Assembly (NCBI GenBank): GCA_002633005.1
Contig: NMRA01000223.1
Coordinates: 342,237-406,236 of the forward strand
Source: Phoronis australis
Lineage: Eukaryota; Animalia; Phoronida
Length of the DNA stretch: 64,000 nucleotides
Direction of reading: 5' to 3'
How positions within the stretch are numbered: the stretch's first letter is position 1; each line of letters opens with the position of its first letter. The notes beneath the pieces were generated by a model. That model ran no database searches and was not told where the DNA came from. It was given only the letters and a program-made list of their open reading frames with translations. Positions 1 through 14,200 of this stretch are shown piece by piece. The position numbers and the translations under genes are program-made.

Positions 1-173
1 CACCAATTTCCAATTTTTCAATTTCACTTCAATTAATATCATGCGCGCAATTTTCTCCATAAGCCCCCACATCTTAATCAAAATTCTAGGAGTTTGCACC
101 ATATAATCTTCCACAAAGCATGTCTACGGAAAAACAATCAAACAGTTTAGCACAAAGAGCTCAATAGACGCAC

Positions 174-375
174 CTTTGCCCTGCCTCATGTTGTTGATGA
201 ATCCTCCGTCGTACGTAGCACCTGAAGGCCAGGTGAACTTGCCACTACCATACTTCTTGTTATCCATCACTTGACCAACATACTTGGCTCCACTCTTGTA
301 CTCAATGTTGCTGTCGTTATAGATGTCTACTGACGTAGCCGAGGCCAGTCTTGGTAATGAGCCTCGAAAACTCAT
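174..375 (-). CDS. First coding exon of a MORN-repeat protein (ANKMY1-like N-terminus possible); gene continues left of the window
   Basis: Translation MSFRGS...YKSGAKYVGQVMDNKKYGSGKFTWPSGATYDGGFINNMRQGKG has two MORN repeats (YxGxxxxxxxxGxGxxxWPxG). Acceptor tttcag lies just before the ATG; donor G|GTGCGT at 173. Confidence 0.8.
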
Positions 376-3300
376 ACTGAAATAAGAAACATTTAGAGCT
401 GCACATTGTTCTACTTGGCAAGCTAAAGAATGAAAATTGAATCAAGCCTTTTGCACTCATAAAATTGGTCTCAAAGTATTCCACTATTAGCAAGAAAATT
501 ATAACCACCAGAAACTTAAAAATAAGAAAGTGTTTAAATTGAAGATTAAATGAGTACACACCAGTTTGATGATAATTCATGGAATCCCGTAGTAACTTAA
601 CAACGCAAAATGAAATTAGAATCTATTAGGGTTGGCCAACCTTAAAATTGCTAATTCAAAAATGGTACATGAACGCATTGCCTTTGAATTGCTAATGGAA
701 ATAACATCCTATTAGAGTAACGAATATTCGCCGATTTTATGGAAGTGACAGGCCTAATTTGATTTTCGCATGCGAAACAGGGCATTAAGTTGTACTAATT
801 TGAACATGATGTTAAAATAAACACCATCAAACGAATCTTGTTTGAAAATAAAGGAATTCAAATTCCTGGGTTAAAAATGAAACTAGGATACAGCAGCACT
901 TGAAGTTTTCAGCACTTATAGATTTTATTAACTGCCGGGTGAATGATGAAATCTATAGATAGCTTTAGATGCTCGAAAACACAAACAGCTATAATTCAAG
1001 TCACAATTAAGACTTAAAAGGAAATTGACAGAACTGCAATTCAGTAGCTTAAAGAATGTACAATCATGTAAACAATGATATCAATTTCTCAAGAGAATAT
1101 GTGTTTTGAAGCGCTTTTAACACACAAGCATTCTATTTAAATAACCAACGTACAACTGACTATTTGAAGAAAAATCAGGAAACATACAGGCCCAGGTCAC
1201 TAAGTATATACCCTATCTGGTGCTAAACAAGGGAACTGGCCTAAATTACCACATGAATAACATTTCTCTTGGTCCTATAGCTGGTAGTTGAACCTACGAC
1301 CCTTCAATAGGTCTGGCTTAAGAACCACCACCGTAGCCTATCAACCAAAGAACAATTGCTCTAAGGTCAAATAAATTATGCAAGCACATTTATACAGCCT
1401 GTTAGAGGTCTCACAGTTGGTGCCCTCTGTTTTCTATTGATCTCCAGTTGCAACAATATACCTGTCACGCGTTTTAGAACAGAACATATTATCGAATTAA
1501 ACACTAACATGTTCAACATTTACTAAAAATTTCTTTTGTGTAATGTGGACATAAAGTTTGGTTTCATAATTCTTCAACTAGTTTGTATTAAACGCGAATC
1601 ATTAATTCCTGAGAAGCAGTCATTGGCCTAAACTCTAAGAAAGCTCGAGGACCAGTTTTCTTTAGAAAAAACATGAGCAATGATGAGCATAGCATATTCT
1701 ATTAAAACTATTTGCATTTCCCATCAAATGCTATACCAACAGTGTGTACAATAAAATATTGTTTGTATTTACAGTAAGCTATGAACTAAATTTTGTTCAG
1801 GAGGGATGTTGACAGGTGCTTGCCTGAGAAGGTCGAAACTGACAAGGAGCGTCATTTCCCGAGCACTGAAAGTCTTCCGAGATACTGAAGTCAAAGCAAA
1901 ATTGGTCGTTTCAGGCACTAAGTTAGTTGCTCATAACAAACTACATGAGGTATGAATCGCCAACTTAAATGTTAAAAAAATTAAATGAAAATGTTTCAAA
2001 AATAAATCATTGTTGTCAACTAACTCTAAAGTAATATTTCAGTGCCATTAAGGAATGCATGAGACCTTGTTTTTTTCCAGTATTTCTCATGTAGCTGCTG
2101 ACAAGTTATGTTTTGAAATGGTAACACATATCACTGAGCATCAAAAATCAGAACACCAATTGTGCATGTTCACAACCACCTTCAAACGACGTTAGCATGA
2201 CATATATATTTGGCAACACAGAAAACTGTATATTTTTTGTGCATGTCATTGATTTCATTTCAAAGTCTTTGGAGAATTTTGATGATGTTCAGTTGACTGG
2301 TTTTCTTCCCACATATACAGTGTTTCTCACTGCAGCTGAATGACACCCACCCTGCCACTGGTAGTGTCATTGACACAAGTGACTGTCTATGACTGTTCGT
2401 AATGTTGGTAGATACAATTACAGGTCTGTTACATGCTAAATGAAATTCAGGGTTGGTGTCACCTGTCCTGTCCTTGGTCACTGACAGTAACACATCACGT
2501 GGCAATCCTGCATTTTAGACACGAAACTTACCGGATTAGGCCTGTCTATCTGTCCACAAGACCAAGTGATCATGAGAACCTCTCACAGAATAACACTAGA
2601 TATTTAGTGGAAATGATAAACAGACGGATCTCAATGACCTCTCCCCGGTGATTAGGATGGCTAAAATATAGTTATGCATTGACCAGCTGACCACTGTGCA
2701 GTGTAAGTGACGACTGACCATGCAGTACAATGCCACAGTGAGTGATTCAGTGACTGTCGCCAGTGTCAGTGTCAGTGGTAAGTGTTGTTCACAAAGCTGA
2801 ACACCCAGAGACAGTACTAAGTGCATAAAAACGTGCTGTGCCATTTAAGCAAGTCATGATATTACTGTGCAACAAGTAACTCACATTGAGAATCTTTGCT
2901 TCAGTACCAGAGCAATAATCAATCTTCAATAATCACATTTTATCACAGCAGTCTAGACACTTTGCCAAGATGGCGTTAAATTGCTAAGCAACTCCACAAG
3001 GGGAGATAATGCTGTATCCTGTCCTACAGAGACACCAGACGGTTGCAGTGGTAAATGTTCGTTCAATAAAGCGCACTTTTTGAAAACGTTTTTTCGGTGT
3101 ATAGATCTTTTCAGTTACACCGACGAAAAAAGTAAAGAACAGTATTATTTTTCTGTAAATGCTTGTGGACGTTGAGCAAATATATGTAATGGGCACGAAT
3201 TCTATCCAAACAATGAAAAGTTTTCTGTTAATCAACACAATCAATCAGTAAGTCAAAACTACCCATTCAAGCATACAATTCAATGTGTATACAATTCAAT

Positions 3301-3522
3301 GTCAAGAGAGATGAAGACTCATTGAAACCATGTCAGCCTCCTGCACAGAAAGAGCCAAAGACAAATGCCTCTTCCCAATCCATTTGTCATTCTTTGGTGT
3401 ATTTTCTAAGGAAAAATGTCCGGCCTTGAATCACCCAGTGACAGTTTCATGCAAGATTGTCGCTCATAGCACAAGTTATATTAACACAATAAATAAGAGG
3501 TTGGATAAAATATAAATGATAG

Positions 3523-3528
3523 TTTATT
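3523..3528 (-). other. Candidate KIBRA polyadenylation signal (AATAAA), implying a 3' UTR of about 1.6 kb
   Basis: tttatt on + reads AATAAA on -, at the far end of an AT-rich tract after the stop; other AATAAA sites exist in the tract. Confidence 0.3.
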
Positions 3529-5128
3529 ATTTCAACATGATGTGCACGAAACAGAAACAATATATACCTGAGTATTACTTACTGTACATTGTAACATACA
3601 GGCGAAACTACTACAAATTCAAACACTCAATGCATTCACACCTCTCTAAGACAACCCCAAGTTACAGTAACAACATTCACTTATTAAGATAAGTAGATAA
3701 ATTACAGGACGCAAGGACAATTAGAACAGAAACCTAAGTAACATTAGGAATCAATTAATACCTTGTATTCAGTTCAGTAGTGGATACCACGTAATTCAAT
3801 GAACGAGGGCAATAGTCACTTAATACAGGGGTACCAGGTTCTGAGAACCAGTTGGACGCCTATTATTAAGTGGAGAAAACTGGTTCTGAAAATGCGTTAC
3901 CCCAATAAGTGATTATAACCTAAACAAGTACACCCCTAATCAGTCCAAGGTGAGATATCCAAATACCTTGCAGCTATCTAACACATAAAATATAATAAAA
4001 TAAATCTAAAACGATAAATACACAATGGCTCACACAGTACAATTTAGTCAGAAACACTTAGCACTTTCGACCCGCCTCAAAATCACCGAGCCTGTTTCAC
4101 ACACATCAATATTTATTCTTTCTAGTCAGTTTCAGTAAAATGACCAAAACAACATTCACTACTAAATTAAAACAATAGTAATAAGAATAAGAATGAATAA
4201 GTTCACAGTTGTTAGTAGGTTTCGCAAGTAAAATACAATATTTACATTTAATACATGAATTTCCAACACACAACAGAACTATACATACAAAGTAAATGGA
4301 ACTTGCAATGGAACCCGACTAATCTAACTCTTAAACTTAAACAACAAAGAACAATCAGCGTTTTACAACGAAAATGCAAAATACAACAATCACCCACATC
4401 CTACGGGAGATGTCAGCACTGTCCACATGCATGAAAAAATTACAAAAAATATCATTTTCAAAAACACCGTCCTTACAAAAGTGGGTTACATCAATTCGAG
4501 AAAACTTTTGCTATTGCTACTAACAAAACTATGTACAATATTAGTTCTACAAAGGTTTGACGACGAGAATTACACAATGGTGTCTAACTCACTTTTGAAG
4601 CATGCGTGTATTTACAATAGTGTATTTATTTTCCTGTGCTAACAATCTCTCTCAGCAGTGTCAGATTTTACAAGAAAAAAGTTAGAAAAAGCGTCAGAAA
4701 ACTACCACTGTTATTCCACAGACTGGAAAACTCTTTCCAACATTAAAATAGACACGAGTAAAACTGGGCATACCAGAGCTTAGGACAACTTAGCAATTAA
4801 AATCTCGACTAAAAATCAAAGAACGCATGACCCTGTATTCAACGTTAATATTCAACTTGGCCCAACCACTATGCAGCTGCCGGCCGTTACTTTATCAGCC
4901 AATGCATTTCCACAATAAGAGACATTTTCCAAGACTGCTTCATGACATATTTCTAAATAAAACTAAAATGGTGTCTTCACTATTTTGATTTTATAAGCAT
5001 TACAAGAAGCATTATCAAATTGACATACTACGTTTTGCCAATGAACAGCAAGTGTTGAGTAAGAAATATGGCCTGTCACATCACCGCCACTGTGTATTCA
5101 CAGACAACTCAGGACAGATGGCGGCCCC

Positions 5129-5279
5129 CTATTCAATGACTCGGCTATTTCTTGGCGTATCAGAGTCATCATCGTCATGATCAACGTCATCACTCTTGCC
5201 ATCGTCATCATCGTCGTCTGATTCAAGCGGGATCACGGGAACCTGCAGAGTGACGTTAGTGAAGAAGGCCATTTTCTCT
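5129..5279 (-). CDS. WWC1: KIBRA exon 21 (terminal)
   Basis: [49 protein letters not shown] (TAG). Confidence 0.88.
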
Positions 5280-8200
5280 CTGCAAGCGAAAAAGTAAATA
5301 ATTTAAAATAAAAGTCAACATTCTCTTACGACCATCATGCCGTAACATTACCAGAGTTGAGCTCTGGGATATTCAAATGAGTCATACAAAAAACTCAAAG
5401 TAGTCAAATATCAAGAATGAAAGAAATTGCCTTTTGTCCTTGTCAACCCGACTTGTTGTACTAAAAAGAATTTCAGATTGTGTCAGGCAAAAGACGCTTT
5501 CATGGTCTCACAAAGCTTAAGAACTAAACATTGGTTGTCTGGAATTCAAACTGCACTAGGAAGGTCCACCCCAAGACAGTCATTTGGGCCACAGAATCGA
5601 CCTTTTAACTCAAACTTGAATGCAGACTCAAGACTGTTCTATGTTCTCAATAGAGTCCAGTCGTAATCCTGACTTTAAACCCATAAACCTAAGCACGAGG
5701 TAAAACTCGAGTAGAGAATGCAAGTCAGTAAATCTCAGACCACCGTACGTCAAACGCTTGGCCTACCTGAATCTCAGCATGTCCCCTTCTCCTTTAGGTT
5801 GGCAACGTTGTTTGTGGGCCTGTTTCAGAGCCTTATTCAACAAATGTTCGGCTCTCCTGTCATGACGAGTAATGCTCTTAGTCTGCTTCTTCGCCTAAAA
5901 TCCACAACAGACAGCAATTAAAGTCACGTACAGCTGGACATAATCTTTTTAATACAAAACTAGTTTGCATCTGTCAGCGAATCCAGACCCAAAGCAATGG
6001 ATAGTTGGATTTACATGAGCGTAAATTTAAAACGATTTAGTTAAAACTTTCGACCTAAAATGTTTTGGCTAAATAAAATGCGTTCCGTTCATAAACAAAA
6101 AAACTTTTGATATGGCTAACACTTTCCAACAGAGTTGAACAGCAGCTGCCACATTGTCACACAGAATGTTACTAGCCGAATGTATTTGCACCGTGAGACA
6201 TCATTTGGCACATGTATGTGACTAGTCTTTCTATTTCAGATATGAAAAGCAGTTGCGTTTGTGTGTGATGTGTTTGGTAAAGCTAAAAGATGAATTTAAT
6301 TAAAACATTTTAACTTAAAACCTTTCAAAAAAACCTACTACTTCATGGATTTGAAAAATTTTAAAACATCTAACACGTTTCAAGTTTGACTTCCCACAAT
6401 GAATTTAAAAATTAATTTAATTTAAAATATTCTAGCTAAAACATTTTAAAATGCTTATGTGAATCCAACTACTGAATTCCATTGGCCACATATTTTTTAT
6501 AAGTTAGACACAATTTATTATCATACCTTGAGGCAATGAACCATAACGCAGATTAAAACAGGATTCATGACAGAGATTGTAATCTTGGGAAAATAAAAAC
6601 TGGTATTACAGACAAAAACACAAGATAAGTTTTAATGATGACTTCACTGTGACTTTAATTTAGTCATCTAAAACTTGTCAAATTTAGCTAAAAGTAATGT
6701 CATCTATTCGCATTAATGACTGGTTTCATCACATGATTAATGCACGTCAACAAAAAAGAAAATTTACCAGGCTCTCTGCTTCAGTCAGTAACATCTGAAG
6801 TGGTTCGTTGTCAGAAAACCAACTTGGCAGTTCTGCATCACCTGAAGTAAAAAGACCAACGGATTTACGTTAAAATTAACTTGGCATAAATCAAGTATAC
6901 GTATATATCAACGACTGATATAAAGTTCTAAGCATTGCCAATTAAATTGGAGTTGAGCAACAAAGCAAACACAATTTAAAGCCAAAAATGCATTAGAATG
7001 CACAGAATGAGTTTTGTAATGCAACAAAAATTGAGCAGAAAACCAGAGAAGTTCATTAGAACGACAATGGATTGTTGTTCAAATATTTGGTTAAAAATAG
7101 AAAACCGGCATGAATTGAACAATCGCAGTGTGCTGGGTGGTGACTACCTTAGACAAGGCAGCAAAGAAACTCAAAAATTGAAAGATAAGAGGAAACATAA
7201 CAGAGACGTCACCATACTTTTCACTGATCAAAATATACCAACGAGCAGACATTTTGTCATTTACTAAACAGCAGCCACTTGCTTGAAAAAGACAGTACCA
7301 CTACACTGACCCCGTGAACCCTCACCTTTGGCCTTTGCTTCCTCCATTCTCTTTTTCAGGTCCCTCAGTCGTGATATCTCATCCTGTTGCAAGACCAGCT
7401 TACTGCGTGACGCGTGCAAGTCCAGCTCTAAATCTAAGGATGTTCTCAAACCCTGCTCTGAAGTTTTCGCCTTGGGCAGGTTACGCTGGAAATGAGCACA
7501 GTGAAGGATAAAAGAGGGTGTTCACGGGGCCCTGTCCCAGCAGGTTAGGTAATGTATGAAAATGAGACAAGTGAATACAAACTTTAACATTGATATGGCA
7601 AATGACATGTATGAAACCATCGTTCAATGCAAGCCGTTGAGACAGACATGAGCTAATTTATAGACTGGTGAAACAATGATATTTTTTATTATTTTATTTT
7701 CTAAGTATAAATAAATACAATAGATATAACACTTCTGCCCAGAAATTGAATTAACTTATATCTGGGCCACTGTACAGCTGCATGAATGCATAACTAATTG
7801 TGCGTGAGATACGCTGATCTCTACTTCACATTTCCCTTAAAAAGTCAGGAAAATTCAACAATTACCCTTTTCCACCGTAAACTCCTTCTCTCCAAAGAGT
7901 TCCGCTGGAATGGTTTGCGATACAACGGCATTGAACTATCGCTGTCGCTCCTGTTCAACTGTGAAAAGAAAACCAACAGAGACTTAGATGGACATAGTTT
8001 CGTCTACAGCCACTTAATGTCATACACAATAGAAACTGAAGCAACTGGTGAATTTGAACAAGCATCACAGTCAACAGCTTATAAGATCTCTTGAAAACAT
8101 ACTAGAACATCATAGTTCAAAAATTTTTCCCATTATCAAATTCATAACTTTTCAAGGACATTCCAACCCTATTCAAGGACTTTTCAAGGACGCTTTTAAG

Positions 8201-11200
8201 AGTCACTTAAAGAAACACTATTTTGCTATGTAACAGAGGAAATAATTAGAATACAGGACTTTCAAGGCCATGATATAAAATTCAAGTACTTACCAACATC
8301 TAGCTAAAATTCAAGAAATTTTCAAGGGTAGCAATCAAATTCAAGTACTTCTCAAGGTTCTGGGGAGCCAATAAGAATTTAACACCTGAACAAGCTTAGA
8401 AATACCAATGACAGGTAAATGTCAAGCATTTCGAGTGCGGGTTATTACCTTGCATACATAATCCCCACTATCCAGTGGCCTGTCCGCAGGTGAAAACGTC
8501 TGGGACCGCCTCACAGAGCAGTTTCTGTTGCCGTGGGAACGGCGTCGGGCGTGTGTGTGACCAAAATTGCCCTCCGTGTTCGTCTCCTTATCACAGGTAA
8601 TAAGTTCATCATCGTCACAGCCATCTTCGTCATCATTATCGGAGCCACCTAACTGAACGTTGATCTGGGGAACTTGAAAGTTCTGTAAAGTTTGAAATAA
8701 GCAATGCAACTTATTCTTAATTTAAAAGTGAAATGAGTAATGGAGTAAAAAAATTTATAACGAATTCCTCCAAGAACACAAAAAACTTTGTTCACTGACC
8801 ACCCTCCACAGGAGTCGCCAGTGCAATGAGGTAAGACGTCACCAATTTTGCACACAAATATTTGACAAAACATACCTTTTTTCACATTTCAAGGACCTAT
8901 AGCATTATAGTGAAAGTTCATAACTATAAAAACTTTGTCTGATAGTATAAAAAAAAAATGCAGGTCGTCTGCTACACGTTGTACCAGACGTGCGTAGGAC
9001 ACGCATATGGGCCCATTGCACTGAACACCTGGAACCATAGTCTGATGGTGGCTTTGGTACAAAATTTAATCTAATGCTGCATATGTTGGCTTGACAAAAC
9101 TATAAAATGAAATTACATTAGTCAGCCACATTGTGTACTAAATCAGATTTTACCATGATAGCTTTACCAGACTCTTCAAGTATAATTTGTTTAGTCATTC
9201 AGTCAACAAGATGTGATTTTTGACCTCATGACCTGTTTCATAAAGATGCTGAAGGGCACTACTGATGCTGAAGAAGGGTGAAGTCGGTAAACCAATTAAA
9301 ATATCTACCAAAGAAATGCAATATTATTAGAAAACCCATCCATAATTCAGTGTTTTTTTAAATCAACACCAACCCAGAATAAAAAAATAATGGAAAAAAT
9401 CCAATTTTTGCGTAACTTTGACATGTTTGGCTTGTTGGTCCTGTGTTAAAAGTTACATTTCAAATCAACCCCCTTGGCATCAACTGAACCCAGACGCCAT
9501 GTAATGTGTGGTAGACGCCCATACGCCACTCACCAACAAGTCTCCATCTTCATCGTCAAGGCTACTACTCAGGCCTTCCGAGAAACCCTGTACACTGACT
9601 GGAGTGCCCTCTTTATGGAACTCAAGTGAGTCAGGGCCTGCAAATACAATAGGGGAATGCATAATGAACACAGGAATGAACAATGGAATTGAATTGAGAA
9701 ATGACACTAAGCTTCAATTTTCTTGATTAGACATTTAGTAAAAACATGGTCAACGTAGGAACTTGAGCACGATGTATAAACGTTTGATTGACAGGCAATT
9801 GTAGTCTGATTGACAAGTAACTGCAGTATGATTGACAGGTAACTGTATTCTGATAGGCAACTCTACTTTGTGAGCCATATGGAAACCGTTATGTTTTTGC
9901 CACAACTATGACAAAACTTGAACATCAAGACACTATAACGCAATAGTGCTAACAGGCATGGGAAGCGAATTTTAAAAGGAGACAAAATTTTGTTGAAATT
10001 GTTTAACATTGCTCCTGATTTTATGAAAACCACGAGCTAATTTAAACGAAAACCAGAAGCGAAATAATAAACACAAAAAGATAGCTACAAAATTTACTTG
10101 TTTGTAAAGAGATTACACTGCTTTGCGTACCTTGACTACGAGTGAGGGTTGATGTCTGCGAGGATATTATTGTTGATTCATCACTACTCTCCTCTTTGAC
10201 AGACGACACGTTCTTAAAAAGAGTCGCCTCTAGCGATGGTGACCGGGGTCTACAGATATACAAGAGGTAAATAGTTACACATGTTAAAGGATATCTTGGA
10301 ACACAAGCATAACATTGAAAATTAATTATTCTCAAAAATCACTGAAATTGTCCGATTTTCTGGCCATTTCTTTTTCAATTGAACAAATCAGGTGTCAATT
10401 AATTTCAGATCTCGATTTCCTTCTCTACTGCTCAGTCAAACTTTTGCCTATAGTAATCTTAGTTAAATTAAGACTACCCTTTCCAACTTAATGGAATTCC
10501 ATCACAAAATTTCCTGGAAGTGCTTACTACTTATATTCTTTGAAAGCTCAATGGGTTTGTAAAGTCACGAGTGAAAATAAACCTCCTGTCACGGGAAAAC
10601 TACAAACTGAAATGACACTCTAATACCTGACAAATTGACTACATACTTGAAAGACTTAGTCTCAGTTGAGGTGGATGACTTCTCATCTGGAAGATCCTTC
10701 CTCAGCCTGGCAGATGACGCCTCCAGAAGGCTGGTCACATGATCACTACCGTTCTGAAACAGGATGGTTCAAATCAGTTCTTGGTTTCTTTTTGCTCATC
10801 TTACTGATCACTAATTCTCTACCTCTTGATGTTGTTAAACAGGCAACTAATCCGTGTTCCGTCCAAGAAACTAACCTTTGACTTACACCACAGAGCACTA
10901 CTTATTATTTGTTCCTTAGTCGAATGAGAAGTGATTTTTGGTCTAGACAGTTCCTTTATTGCTCAAGAACATGCTCTGTCTAGTGCCGTGGACAACACGC
11001 AATATACAACGTACCATCGGCGAGCTCTGTGATGTACTACTTGTACTGATTGACCCTCGGCTGCTACAGCTGGACGACTTCTGCTCCGCTTGAACGTACT
11101 TGGTAGACAGCACGTTGTACCAGTGCGGCTTGGGATCAAAGTCGGCAAACTCCGCTAGACTGACTTGGAACCAGCCCTGGTAACAAGATAACCAATCATC

Positions 11201-14200
11201 AATCGTCGTTTAGGGTTCATAATGGTATCACCGAGTTGCCTTTTAAAGCATGGCTCCTACCAGTATTTTTGCCAGAAGAGCATTCTGGAGGGTTTTAGTA
11301 CAGCAGGTTAGGACATTCGCCACAGACAGCAACAATGTCAGATTAGCATAATTTGAAAACAGAAAGAATAATAGTAAGAATGAGAGTAATTAACATAACA
11401 TTCCAGTGGATACGAGAATTCAAATACACCTTCAATTCATAACCCACAGCTGCTTAACCACTACTATCTCTTCAGATTTTCTTCCAAATCAAGACCTGGA
11501 CCACTCTCGGTGAGGAAGGGGTGTTTCACCTCAGAATAAACTACGGTGAGGGTCTTCTAACAAATAGCACACCAAGACATGTGGTACTGAAACCCATTCC
11601 ACAGTGACTTCGTAACTATTCCTTCAATACACTATACCACAACAACCACTCCTAACCATTGCTAACCATTGCAATTACTCCATCTAAGTTAGAGGATTTC
11701 ATCTACGTAGTTGGTGCCAGTTTTCAAAAACATTGTGGGACGGGTGTCGGAGCTTGCGATAGGTCAATTCTAGTAAGCTCCAATGACTAGCGTTGTATTC
11801 TGTCATATTGCTTACTTGTCACCAAATTCTCTGTTATGTAACTGCAGGTTTACGAACCAACAGCCATCACACAATGCATTTGAAAAACAACAGCATCGCC
11901 GTGACTGAAATCCCTCAAATTACTGTACCAACGAGAAAAAAGAAGAGTAAAGTTATTTGCTTACCACACGTTCAACAGTTTTATCACAGGTGGCCATCAC
12001 GTTGATTTGTAGTGTTTTACTATGCAGCTTGTTTTCCACGATGCTCAGTTTGAAGCTCTCACTGAGTTTTGGACTGTTGGTCTCGGCCAATGCCTGAGTT
12101 TTGAAAGACAAGATGGAGTCTGGCAGAAGGACACCCTCCACATGTCTGAAGAAAATGAATAGTATGTCATGTCTGCTAAGTCATATTTTAGATACAACAT
12201 ACATAAGCTGAAGCAATTACTACACGAGTACAAGATATTTCGCGTGTATTTTCGCTGAAGTTCGACACTGTTAGCACAGTTTCCACTCGCACAATTGTGT
12301 TTCAATTATCCACAAGCTGAGTCTTTCAAGATAGAGTAAATTTTCCCACTTTTTTGGCAAATGCAAAACTGTTGCCATGCATGATAGATGAGGGTTTTTT
12401 ATTTAATGAAATTATCCGTTAGTTTTCAGTTCACTCTTTATCAAGAGTTTCCCAGGCATGGAGACAATTTTCAGTCATTTTCGAAGCTTTGCACGACAGG
12501 AATCAATGGTGCGTAAGACATTAGTAGGTTAACATTTACAAAAACAAAAGGAACGTCACAGGGCGCATAATTATGCTACACCATTGTCAAGGTCCCTGTG
12601 ACAACTATTACAACTACACCCATGACTGAGTACAATTTAAACACGGACTGACTTACAGTGAAGAGTTCTCCGGCAGGCCCAGACAGGACAATCTCCTGCC
12701 TTGTTCAATACTGATGTGTAAGTCCCCTGTATCACCATCGTACCTAGTGTAGCAATATGACACATGATCAATTACCTGTTAAAAATACTGCACCAATTTA
12801 TGATGAGAGGCAATTATGCTAACAACAAGGAGAAATCCCAGGATGAAGAATGAAAAGGAGGCGATGACCTACACTTAGCCACGCAGATCAACGAGAAATA
12901 TGAACAAATACTACTTATAGGAACAAGGAGAGATTGTTTTCTAAAATGTCGTTACTGTATAATCTACAAGATGCAGTACGTAAGTATTCATATAGTAAAC
13001 TATTAAATCACTTTGCATTTACACATCTCAAGGGCACTGCCCGTTTTTATTACCTCCACATAATAATACAAGTCGTGTATTAATAATGATTTCATGGTGA
13101 GAGGTGTTCTGTTTTGATTTTCAATTCATAAGAAGAAACAATTAAGGTTCTAAAATTTGGCAAAAAACTTATTGTAGTAAACGGAATATTGTGCACACTC
13201 TGTTTTTGAATTTCAAAGCATAAACTACTACACTGAATTCTGCAAGGGACCAGTCACACCAAGACAGTTCTTAGTAAAATCTCGAAAATGGGAAATATGA
13301 GATGGAATCAAGTAAGAGTTACACAATCTACGAGCCTCATGACTGGTGTCGCGTTTGAGGCATTTTTCGGCTCAAGTTACCAATTTCCATCCTTCACTAA
13401 CCCATTTTATCGCATGCTATATGTAAAAATTATCTGCTGTTTACAATAAATGTTAAGAAAATATAAAGACTCATTTTATCGAGGACAACGTAACGACAGG
13501 TTTGGACGTTGTGACCATTATCATGGCGCGACAGGTTACAGGGAATATTTCCTATCATGGAAGAAATATCCCGATCACGGAAGAAATATCCAGATTTCCT
13601 ATAACCAAACTACTTACTTGAGTTTCAGTTGGATCTGCGAGCATTCATACACCTCTTCCCCTTCGCTGGCCCTCTTCACGGAGGCCTCGAACACCCCACT
13701 GTCCCCAGCCACAGACTCATCACTGACGGCAGCCGACACACTACGGTTCACAACGTTAGATACTCCATTACACACCGCCGTCTCACTAATAGGACTGAGC
13801 GGAGGGTTACCGATGCCCTCAGGTATTGAGTCTGCGTACCCCGCGCGTGGCCGGCCCACAACGCTCGAGGGGTTCAAGTCTGCAGTGTCACCCACCGGTA
13901 GCGGAGGCACTGGCGGCACCCTGGGTTGGACGGCACTTGATGTCGAACTACAAACACTGTGGCTACACTCGCCCAGGAGGTTCAAGTCCGAAAGACGCGC
14001 TTGTAGATTTTGATCAATGCTAGAGCTGCTGCTGCTCTTTATCAACTGTCTTTTGTTGGTGAGGTTCATGTGCTGTTCATAACTGGGAGGCGGCCCCACA
14101 TCGTACGGGGAAATGGGCGGGGACAGTGATGAAAACGACGAACCTGGCGACAGAGCCTGTAGAAGATTCTCCGTGTGTAACCTCGAGTCATACGCCCCAT

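Noticed and set aside
1270-1355. tRNA-like B-box (GGTTCAACT on - strand)
   Set aside because: No complete cloverleaf; at most a decayed SINE head
5080-5131. Stop-codon readthrough of KIBRA
   Set aside because: TAG G is a poor readthrough context, and the extension (ending QWR) does not create a PDZ motif
9785-9862. Short regular repeats as a CRISPR array
   Set aside because: Eukaryotic intron, no unique spacers, no cas genes
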